From Felis catus (lineage: Eukaryota): a stretch of 64,000 bases of DNA. The stretch lies in the NCBI RefSeq assembly GCF_018350175.1, contig NC_058383.1, positions 16,618,001-16,682,000 on the forward strand. The letters run 5' to 3'. Made by a program: the position numbers and the translations under genes. Positions 24,618 to 34,758 of this stretch are shown one piece after another; the first letter of the stretch is position 1, and each line of letters starts with the position of its first letter. The notes below the pieces were generated by a model. That model was not told the DNA's origin and searched no databases. It saw only the letters and a program-made list of their open reading frames with translations.

Positions 24618-27351
24618 AGTGGGGTGTTAAAGTCCCTTACTATTATTGTGTTATTATCAATGAGTACCTTTATGTTTGTTTCAATTTTTAATATATTTGG
24701 GGGCTATCATGTCGGGTGTATAAATATTTACAACTGTTAGATATTATATTTGGAATGTCCTCTGTATTTTGATATTGTGCCTTCTTTCATCCCTTGTTAT
24801 AGTCTTTGTTTTAAGTCTATTTTGTATGATACAAGTGTTGCTACTCTGGCTTTCTTTGACATCCATTTGCATGAAAGATATTTCTCCATCTCCTTGCTTT
24901 CAATCTGTATGTGTCTTTAAGTTGAAAATAGGTCTTTTGAAGGCAGCACATACATGGGTCTTGTTTTTTTTTTTTTTATCCATCTGTCACCCTGTATCTT
25001 TTGATTGGAATGCTTAGTTAATTTACATTCAAAGTAGTTATTGATAGATGTGTAGTCAGTGCCATTTTATTACTTGTTTTGTCACTGTTTCTGAAGATTT
25101 TTTCTGATCCTTTCTTCTTTGTCACTTTTGGTCCCTCCTTTCCATTCAAAGAGTCCCATTTAATATTTATTGCGGGGCTATTTTAGTGGTCATGAACTCC
25201 TTTGGTTTTGTTTGCTGGGAAACTTCTTATCTCTTTCTCTACTCTAAATGAAAGCTTTTCTGGATAGAGTATCCTTAGCCAGAGATTTTTCCCATTTATC
25301 ACTTTCAATATATCATGCCACTTCCTTCTGGCTTGCCAAGTTTCTATTGAGAAAAATCCAGCTAGCCTTATGGGTCTTCCCTTGTAATTTAAAGACTTCT
25401 GCTTGTAAGATGTTTTCTCTATCTCTATATTTTACAAATTTAATTACAATATGTCTTGGTGTTGAGTTGCTTTTGTTGATTTCGATGGGAGTTCTGTGTG
25501 CCTCTTGGATCTAGATATTTGTTTCCTTCCCCAGATTAGGGAAATTTTCAGCTATTATTTCCTCACATAAATTTTCTAACCCCACCCCCATTGTTTCTTT
25601 TCTTCTATAAGAAGAGAAACAATACAATGCTGATGAAATAGATTCATATCTTTCATAATATGAATGTTATTACATTTGATGGATTCATTGAGTTCCCTGA
25701 TTCTATTCTTGTGTTGCATAATTCTTTCTTTTCTTCAGCTTCTTTATTTTCCATTATGCTCCCTTCTAGGACACTATATTATTCCACTGCTTTCTTCATT
25801 TCAATGAAGAGTCTGCTCTTCATTGCATCAAGATTGTTTCCCATCGTGTTTATTTCAATCTTCATCCCTGATTGGTTCTTTTTAACTCTCTTATCTCTGT
25901 GGTAAGGGTCTCATTGGTGTCTTCTATTCTTTTCCTTATGATTGTTTCTTTAAAGTTTCCATCAGGCATGTTACCTATATCTGTTTTGCTTAGCTCTCTG
26001 ATTTGGCTTTATCTTGTTCTTTCATTTGGGATAAATTACTCTGTTTTGGCATTTTGTCTAAGTCTCTCCTTTCTTCTCTGTGTCAGAACAGCCTCTTTCT
26101 CCTGAAAGTAATGGCCTAATAAAGAAGAGGTCAGGTAGTGCTCAGGCCTGGTACTTCCTGAAGTATCTGCAGTGTGTACTGTGTGCACTCTGCTGTTGTT
26201 TTCTGGCTGCTCTATACTTCAGGCAACTCATCTGCAGAGGCTCTCCTTGCCTGCAGTGGGTAATGTTTGGTCTCAGGCCTGAATGTGGTGAGTTTTAACT
26301 AGATATACTCTGGTCTGCTTGTGAAATGAAATGAGACCTGACACCAGTTCCGCTAGAAGTGAGACCCTACAGTACTCCTTAGTCAGGAGATGTGGTCTGG
26401 GCAGACGTTTGTGCTGGTGTTCTGAGAGAGGGGCCTGCCACACTGGGACTGAGGCAAGCTTGACTGAGAAGGCAGTCCTGCCAGAATGCATGGGGCTTGG
26501 TATATGAAGTTAGGCAGCCAGTGTCAGTGCTGCACTGCTTCCAGCAGGTGACTCTGTGTTTTGCTGAAGGATGGGGAAGGGAAATGGTGCCAGTCAGCTC
26601 CTTTGTTCCTGGAGAGATGTGTCAGTGAATGCTGTCTCTCAGAGAAACTCTAAGAAGGACAAATAATCTTTCCAATTATGTGCCCCAGGTGTTCTTCAGA
26701 TCACTGTTTCCATGCCATCTGCCCCTGTGTTCTTTGCCTGTCTTCTCTCCAGGAGCAGGGCAGTGCTTTCAGAGCTCTATCTGAGCCAAACTTCCTGATC
26801 TTGAAAACTCCAGGCTTTAAGCCTCACAAGTTGTAAGAACTCACATAGTTCAACCCATTTTATTTTCCAAGCCAATGGCTTTGAGGAAACATTCTCCTTG
26901 CGCATTCCTCCATGTGCTCCCCTTGCTCTCTCCCTTTTCCATGACCAACAGCTACCACCCCTTCACAGCACCTGATATCCATTTCTCCTCTAAATCACAT
27001 CTCCACACTTACCATCTTCTTTGATGTGGCCTCTTCTTTCGCCTTAGTTGTGGAGTTTGTTCTGTCAGTCTTCACGTTTATTTCTGGCACATTTAGGATG
27101 ATTGGATAGTTAATTAGTTGTATTTGTAGGAGAAGGAGAGCCTCAGTTCCTCCTACTCCACTGCCATCTTCCTTCCAAGTCTCACCTTCCCATCTTTAAG
27201 TGAGTTTTCTCACTGATTTTGGCCATCATTTATAGATACCACACTCTCACATCCCCAGTCTTTTCAACTGTGTGTCAGTATTCATTTCCTTCTCAGGCAT
27301 GAAAATATAATTCTATCTGACTTCAGCAGAGGGAATGTAATCTTTACTTAT

Positions 27352-27551
27352 GGGCGCCTGTGTGGCTCAGTTGATTAAGCATCTGACTTCAGCTCAGGTC
27401 ATGATCTCATGACTCATGGGTTCAAGCCCCATGTCAGCTGTGCTGACAGCTCAGAGCCTGAAGCCTGCTTCAGATTCTGTGTCTCCCTCTTTCTCTGCCC
27501 CTCCCCTACTCTATCTCTCAAAAATAAACATTAACAAAAATTTTTTTAAAA
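27352..27551 (+). mobile_element. CanSINE
   Basis: gggcgcctgtgtggctcagttgattaagcatctgacttcagctcaggtcatgatctc; CT-rich and A-rich tail. Confidence 0.9.
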
Positions 27552-27565
27552 ACCATCATGGATTT

Positions 27566-27758
27566 GGGACACTTGGGTAGCTCAGTTGGTTAAGCATCAG
27601 ACTCTTGATTTCCTCTCAAGTCACGATCTCACAGTTCATGAGATCAAGCTCCACATTGGGTTCAATGCTTACAGCATGGAGCCTGCTTGAGATTCTCTTT
27701 CTCCCTCTCTGCCCCTCCCCCACTCACTCTCTGTCTCTAAGAAAGAAAGAAAGAAAGA
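27566..27758 (+). mobile_element. Older CanSINE
   Basis: gggacacttgggtagctcagttggttaagcatcagactcttgattt head; (GAAA)n tail. Confidence 0.85.
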
Positions 27759-27759
27759 C

Positions 27760-27934
27760 CATGGATCTCAAACTTTGCTGCACACTAAAATTACCTGGGG
27801 ATTTTCTAAAAGTACTGATGCTCAGGTTTCATTTCCAGATAGTGTGATGCAATTTATCTGTGGGTAGCCTGTGCATTAGGAGATTTACAAACTTACTGAA
27901 TGATTCTAATGGGCATCTAGGGTTAGAACCACTA
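27760..27934. mobile_element. MER5-family (hAT-Charlie) DNA transposon relic
   Basis: tggatctcaaactttgctgcacactaaaattacctggg ... tgattctaatgggcatctagggttagaaccact; MER5B-like palindromic ends, ~175 bp. Confidence 0.7.
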
Positions 27935-28724
27935 ATATTAACACCGTGCTTGTATTCTTCACAGCCATATAAGGCAGCTAATTAATATTGTGGCAGTTTA
28001 AGCCCCTAGCCTGTTTTTCAAAAAGTTAAACTGAAAATTAGTTGGTCTTTTATAATTTTTTTGGATTAGCAAAAATTCAAAAAAATCATACCTTCTCTGA
28101 TGCACACAAGCAATCCTTATGTTGAATAATGTCTTACTAAAGACCCAGGCCTGTCTCTAAAGGAAACTAAGGTGGTACTATCTCTTTCTTAGGATTAATT
28201 TGGCTTAAATCCCACAGATTAAAGATCTCAGTAGTAAATAACAAGTAACTTAATGAGGTTTTTTCTTCCTATAATTGTACTAACCTTACTTAACAAGGGA
28301 ATTATCAGACTTTCTTTTGAAATGACTATCAATTAAAGTATCAACAAAAAATTTATAATCCATGTCATATTTTAATATATGTATCTTTACAGGACATGGA
28401 CCTATCAATTTTTACTCAGAGAGATTAATGGAAAAGTATAGAGTAAAAAATAATACATTAGTAAAAATTTTTAAATTGAGTGTTTTTCATAATTTTGCAT
28501 CTTATTACATTTGGCTCAATGGGGACACATTTAAAATTAAAATTAAGAAAGAAATTTCATATCTGATTTTCTACTTTAAACATGAAATTTAGAAACTGTT
28601 ACTAAGATCATGCTCTACTCTAATGATTAGGTTATGTTTGATAACCAATAGAAAACACCATCATGTCCCTGGGAATGTGCTACCATAGTTTGCTTTGAGT
28701 CACAGCTGTGCATTTGTTTTACAG

Positions 28725-28904
28725 CTACAGGAAAAGTTTGAGCATCTTAAACGAGTCCAACAAGAGGAGACAATGAAACTTGAGGACAAGAGAAGACAAT
28801 TGGAAGAAGACATAATGGATTTTTATAAATTGAAGCCTGTTTCTGGAACATTACAGACTCAGGTGTGCACCAATATAAAGAAGGAGAAAGATCATAAGAA
28901 ATAG
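28725..28904 (+). CDS. SEPTIN14: Terminal coding exon of septin-14 (C-terminal coiled coil), or a duplicated orphan copy of it
   Basis: Acceptor tgcatttgttttacAG at 28723-28724, then phase-0 [66 protein letters not shown]6-group C-terminus; DFYK, LQTQ and terminal KK-stop fit SEPT14 better than SEPT10 as recalled. No upstream exon recognised in the window. Confidence 0.8.
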   Translation, partial: LQEKFEHLKRVQQEETMKLEDKRRQLEEDIMDFYKLKPVSGTLQTQVCTNIKKEKDHKK

Positions 28905-28997
28905 CTCTCTCTTACCATTATGTGTATTATAGAGCCCTATCGCTCTCAAGTATATCTTTCTGTGAGATTATCTTTATAGCACTTAACTCTTCCCCAA

Positions 28998-29115
28998 TTA
29001 GAACGTGAACTTCCCAAGAGCAGGTACCCTGACCATCATATTAGATTGTGTGTCTTCAGTGTTTTTAACAAAAACTAACACAGAGTTTCCACTCAATAAA
29101 TATTTGCTAAAATGA
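28998..29115 (+). mobile_element. LINE-2 3' end relic containing AATAAA (29095-29100), candidate poly(A) signal for the septin exon
   Basis: tagaacgtgaacttcccaagagcagg ... ctcaataaatatttgctaaaatgaa resembles the L2 3' terminus. Confidence 0.65.
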
Positions 29116-29226
29116 AAAAAAATCAAAGAAATACATAGCATAGTGTAAGTAGTGTTGATTAGCTGTTTTTGTTGTTTGTTTGTTTTTTAATACCATAGCT
29201 CTGGCTATGGATCCAGTGCACAAGTG

Positions 29227-29295
29227 TAACTATAACTATAACTATAACTATATAACTATAACTATAAAACTATAACAACTATAACTATATATATA
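29227..29295. repeat. (CTATAA)n / (TA)n microsatellite
   Basis: taactataactataactataacta... seen directly. Confidence 0.9.
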
Positions 29296-29316
29296 GGGGA
29301 TTTGTTCATGAGCCAT

Positions 29317-30394
29317 TGCCGGAGTCAAGCTCCAGCAGGTCCAAAAAAAATGAAAAAAATAAATCAAAAATAAAAATGGACACAGACAACAGCAGTGTGT
29401 TGAACTGGCTGCTTTATTGTGGCAAATGTGGCATTATATTTGTTAGCAATTTCCTTGTAGCGTGCATCATCTATGTTTTCTAGCATTACCTAATTCTAAA
29501 AATGTTCCTATGTGCAATCACCTTTTAAGGAATAACATGGTTATTTTTTCATAACATTCCCTCCTGCCCTTTGCTTATTGATTAATTTCTTATATTATTT
29601 TCATTATGTATCTACGTTTATAATCTATAAAGCATTTGCTTTGCTGTTTTCATGAAAGGTCATCTATCTCTCAACACCTCAAGGGGAACAGTTACAGGAA
29701 CATGACCTCTTAGTTGTTTCACTGAACCATTTGTGGTTTGAGGAAGAAAAGTGTTCTCCTTAGTCTGAGGTGCCAGGAGGGGGCCAAAAAGGCCTTAGGA
29801 ACCCACGCCATATACATTCTCAGAGAGACAATGCACCTAGGAAATAATGAACCATTTTGTACTTTAACCGACTAGGTTCAATCATCATCTGGAATGCCTC
29901 CCGGGGGCCAAGTGGGCCTAGGGGTTAGAGCAAATTGTGCCCATAGATACACTCCTTTGTTGCCAGAGTGGGGCTTTCAAATCCATTTGTATTCCCGCTT
30001 TTATGTAATTTGGCCTTAATAAAGTACCTGGGGAATTGTCTGTTGGGGAATTGCCCTTGACAGGCCCCTGGGAAAAGAACCCTTGGCAAAGAAACAAGGT
30101 TCCTCAAGGAAATTGTGCGGTCCTACATTTAGCCCTTGCCACCCCCTATAAAGACTCTTCTACCTAAAGAAAGGATAGCCTCATACATTTCCCAGCCAAG
30201 GAGGGACAAATGGATTTAAAACCCCCACTCCAGCAACAAAGGAGTGTATCTATGGGCACAAGTTACTCCAACCCACTTGGCCCCCTGGAGGCATTTTAGA
30301 ATTAAGAAGTATTTAGATTAAGATGGGGACGGTCCCTATCTGTCCACCGCCTGGGCCCTGCCATCAGGCTGGTTGGATAGCTTGGCTTCCGGCA
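29317..30394 (-). mobile_element. Solo LTR, probably class II (ERVK/betaretrovirus-like), 1,078 bp
   Basis: Terminal inverted repeats TGCCGGA...TCCGGCA (TG...CA); perfect 6-bp TSD AGCCAT at 29311-29316 and 30395-30400; tttatt at ~29413 gives a minus-strand AATAAA near the LTR 3' end. Confidence 0.85.
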
Positions 30395-30766
30395 AGCCAT
30401 ATGTATAAAAATCTAATCTTATGCTCACTTCCCTTACTAAATTCTACTGATAATAATTTCTTGATAGTTGTTACGATAAAAGACTGAGTTTTGTTAGAAC
30501 TTCTATGCTTTGAAGTCAGACCTTGTAAAACTATTAGAATAATAGTTTTAGAAGTTGGGTAGAGCCAGAGAACAATGGAGCATCATAAGTAATATTTGGA
30601 TGATGATCTATAGATTTTATGTATATATTAAAACTAAAGTTACCAAACTTTTAGAAAATAAGTTGGATTTTTTTTGCTAATTCAAAATTTTCTTTCTGAC
30701 TGAATATTCGGATATTTGTGTAGCTAGCCTTCACCATGACTCATTCTGTTAAAATGCTACTTTTGA

Positions 30767-30925
30767 GGGGTGCCTGGGTTGCTAAGTTGGTTAACTGACT
30801 CTTGATTTTGGCTCAGGTCATGTTCTCAGGGTCTTGAAGTTGAGCCCTATGTGGTCTTAAAGTTCTCTCTCTTCCTCTACCCTTCCCTTGCTCATGTGCT
30901 CTCTCTCTCTTTCTCAAAAATAAAA
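30767..30925 (+). mobile_element. Degenerate, internally deleted CanSINE
   Basis: ggggtgcctgggttgctaagttggttaac...ggctcaggtcatg; TSD-like aaaatgctacttttgag / aaaactgctacctttgag. Confidence 0.8.
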
Positions 30926-31185
30926 CTGCTACCTTTGAGGGCATTTATATGTTTATTTCAACAACATCTGGCATAGTGCATGATATTTTTCTCATGTTCC
31001 TAAAAGAATATTTGTTTCTGTTGTAGTTTTATTACTGCATAATTTCAAAGACAGAACTTTTTTCTTTTTAAAAGGATATCAGGGTATTATAATTTAGCTT
31101 CAGAATAAAATTATCTCTGGTTATATTTACTTATTGAAAAGCTTATTTAAAAATATGGGGAAAGGGAGGTACATCCACAGGATTT

Positions 31186-31400
31186 TTATTTTATTTTTAT
31201 TTATTTTATTATTTTTTTTTTAGAAACAGAGAAAAAGAGTGCACGAGTGAGGAGATGGAAAGAGGGAGAAAGAAAATCTTAAGCAGGCTCCACGTTCAGC
31301 GCTAAACCCAATGTAGGGCTTGATCCCATGACCCTGATATCATGACCCAAGCCAAAATCAAGAGCTGGATGCTCAAACAACTGAGCCTTCCAGGCATCCC
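31186..31400 (-). mobile_element. Old CanSINE
   Basis: T-rich tail, body ending caggcatccc; TSD acatccacaggattttt / acatccataggattttt. Confidence 0.85.
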
Positions 31401-32149
31401 ACATCCATAGGATTTTTAAATATGATATTAAATCATCTTACAGATTTTATAATTTGGAGGAGGAAAGAAATCTTCTATATGAACTTTCAATAGAAACTCT
31501 ACTAGGACTAGGGTCTTTTTTTTCCCCTCACTTTTGCATTTTGCTCACTTTTGCATTGCCCCACCACACAGTGGCTGGCACCTGTTTATTTGATAAATGA
31601 ATACGTTAACAATACATTAGCTGTATTATAGGTATGGATAGTTTAATCTAGATCATTAATCTTCAGAAGATAGACAATGTAATTTATTAGTGCTTTCAAA
31701 TGCTGGATTATACTGCTAAGGGACTTTCATCTTCTTACTCTTTCAACACAATCTAATGTTATTAAAACTGGAGTCAGCAAAGTTGAGACATGTATAAAAA
31801 ATAATAACATTAACTTTGTAAAAATTATCATTCTATTGCACATTAGAATGGACTTTCTGGTAATAATGTGACAGTCCATAGTTTCTTTTAGAGATTATAA
31901 AGGTTTACCTTAAATAAACTGTGTATTTAAATAATTTCTTTTCTAATGGTATAGAACAAGATATAATTTAGTAATATAAGGCATACATTTGCTCTTTGTA
32001 TAACAGTTTTGTAAAATACTGTGTTTCACATATATCCTTTAATTTTATGATTAAAATTACTTTTCTCTTTCAGATCCATTTTTATGTAAAACAGTAGTTC
32101 CAAATTTACATAGCACAGTTTTCATAAGTCAGAGTTACTAAAGACTTAT

Positions 32150-32625
32150 AAGTATACTTTGGCTTTCCTTTTTTTTTTTAATTTGTTACACTATTTTGAT
32201 GTTAATGCAAATTGCCTTTTTAAAAATGTCAGTTTCCATTTTATCACTACTAGTAATATACAGTGCAATAATTTTTACGCAATGATTTTGTATTTTGTCA
32301 CTTTTATAAAACTTGTTAAATTTATTAATAAGTTGAAGTAGATTTTTTTGTAGATTTATTTGGATTTACTAGGTATGTGACCATATCATCTCTGATTCAA
32401 AACAGTTTACTTCTATTTTATTTCCTTGCCTTACTGAGTTGACTAGGACTTTTAGTACAATGTTCAGTAAAAGTGTTGACCTCTTCAATATTGGGAAATA
32501 GACACCAAAGTCTATCATTTTTTCATATTTGTTGAGATATAGAACATTGTGTAAACTTAAGGTGTGCAATGTGTTGATTTGATACATTTATATATTGCAA
32601 AATAATTACCAACATAGAATTAGCT
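32150..32625 (-). mobile_element. Ancient L1 fragments (ORF2 and 3'UTR)
   Basis: ctaggacttttagtacaatgttcagtaaaagtg and acattgtgtaaacttaaggtgtgcaatgtg resemble minus-strand L1. Confidence 0.5.
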
Positions 32626-32639
32626 AAGAAACTTCCTGC

Positions 32640-34030
32640 CATCATGGAGAGAGGAGCAAGAGAGAAAGAGTGAAAACAAGAGTGAAAACAAACGCAGGGG
32701 ATTGCACAAAAAAACTTCCCCCAAACCACTGACTGGGAAAAGGAGAGGGTTTAAATACTACAAGAATTTTATAAACAGTAGAGTGCAGAGTCTGAAGTTT
32801 CTGCAGTCAGCACCATCAGGGGGGTCGCACCCAGTGGGCTCAGAAGTGCTCCAGTGGGGAAGGAGGGTAGAAACACAGGAGTGGACAGCGTGGTCTGAGG
32901 GTTGCATGGGGAGGAAAAAGTTCCCCTACTTGGAGTGCATTTGGTAGAGGTGATTTGGCCTTTCTGTGCACAAAAGACCCTGTGGGTGCCATTGAGCTGC
33001 CCCGTTCTATAGCATAACAAAGATGCTGGCTGAGGACAGCAGCCTTGGCACCAGTTTTGTGATGCTATGTACCATAAACTCCGAACTGGAGGATGGTTGT
33101 GTGACCATAGTTTTGGACAAGACTGCACTGGCCACAGTGCAGCAAGACCCTCCCCAGAGGATCAGCATGGATCCTCGCCACAAGTGTCTCTGATGTTTGG
33201 AGTTTAGAATCACAGCCACGCCTGAGATAAAATACAGGAGTGCTTGCTGCCTGGAAGGCAGACAGCTCAGACACAGACAGGGTGAGGGTGGGGATCTGAT
33301 GGAAGCTGGGGACACAGGAAAGATGATTGCTCATCTGTGAGGTCTTCCTGAGGAGTGGCAGGTAAGAGCTCCCTGCTCCAGAGACAAGAGAACTAGGCTA
33401 AGCCATTCACTACCCCCACCCCCAACAACACTGATCCAGTTCAGTGAGCAAAACAGTGCCACAAAGTGGAAGCCACAACTACTTTCACCAAACACCACTG
33501 GAAGCACCCTGCAAGTGCATCTCCTCTAGGGCAAGTCCACCTGAGAATCAGAGCAGCATTCCCCCCCCCCCCAGAGGACTAGGATAAATCCCTCCTATGC
33601 ACCAACTCTACTGATTCTAGAGTGCTGCAAATCTTCAGTTCTAGGGGAAACAGGATCTGGTTTTCCTTGGGGATTTTTCTTTTTGGATACAAAGAAAGCA
33701 ATTTATTTTCATTTTAAATTTTATTTTATTATTTATTTTTTACTTTATTTTATTTTACATTTTATTATTTTTACTTATTAAAATTTTTTAATGTTTATTT
33801 TTGAGAGAGAGAGAGAGTGTGAGTGGGAGAGGGGCAGAGAGAAAAACACACACAGAATCTGAAGCAAGCTCCAGGATCCATGTTGTCAGACAGAGTCCTA
33901 CATGGGGCTCAAACCCATGAACTGCAAGATCATGACCTGAACCGAACTCGGACACTTAACTGACTGAGCCACCCAGGCACCCCAATTTTTGCTTATTTTT
34001 TGAATCAAGATTCTCTCCTTATTGTTCATA
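32640..34030 (+). mobile_element. 5'UTR portion of an old carnivore L1; appears to resume at ~41645
   Basis: L1 5'UTR-like text (aaacttccccc...cactgactgggaaaaggagagg) followed by a T-rich tract; ORF1-start-like sequence appears only after the intervening minus-strand L1. Confidence 0.55.
33782..33983 (-). mobile_element. CanSINE
   Basis: tttttaatgtttatttttgagagagag ... ctgagccacccaggcacccc. Confidence 0.9.
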
Positions 34031-34534
34031 TATTTATTTTTAATTGAAATTTTAGTTAGTAAATATACAGTGTAATATTGGTTTCAGGAGTAGAATTCAG
34101 AGATTCATCACTTACATACAGCACCCTCTAGCCCATCTTCCATCCACCTCCCTCCATCAACCCTCAGTTTGTTTTCTATTATTAAAGGATAGAGTGATTT
34201 GTTTCCTTCTCTTGTGGTTTCCCTGTCTCTTCTTCCCATCTCCCTGCTTCCTATATGTTTATCCGTTTTGTTTCTTAAATTCCACATATGAGTGAAATCA
34301 TATGGCATTTATTTCTCTGACTTGAGCTTAGTATAGCACATTCTAGCTCCATCCATGTTGTTGCAAAAGGCACGATTTCATTTTTTTTTTTTTTGATGGC
34401 TGATTAGTATTCCAGTGTATATATATTCCACATCTTTAATCCTTTCATCAGAATAGACATTTGGACTCTTTCCCTATTGATAATGCTGCTATAAACATTG
34501 GGGTGCATGCACTCCTTAGAACCTGTATTTGAAA

Positions 34535-34758
34535 TTTTTTAATGTTTATTTATTCTGAGACAGAGAGAGAAAGAGAGAGAGAGAGCATGCGTGCAAGCAG
34601 GGGAAGGGCAGAGAGAGAGGGAGACACAGAATCCGAAGCAGGGTCCAGGCTCTGAGCTGTTAGCACAGAGCCCAAAGAGGGGCTCAAACTCAAGAACTGT
34701 GAGATCATGACCTGAGCTGAAGTTGGATGCTTAACTGACTGAGCCACCCAGGCACCCC
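34535..34758 (-). mobile_element. CanSINE nested in L1
   Basis: Reverse-complement body ending ggcacccc; TSD-like tagaacctgtattt / tagagtctgtattt. Confidence 0.9.

Larger units (their letters stand above)
20830..27175 (-). mobile_element. Old, degenerate near-full-length LINE-1 (carnivore type), internally deleted, SINE-interrupted
   Basis: Reverse-complement 3'UTR at ~20830-21100; ORF2 remnants (minus-frame ...[30 protein letters not shown], 21946-22242); ORF1 and 5'UTR-like sequence ending ...tcctactccactgccatctt ~27170. Confidence 0.85.
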
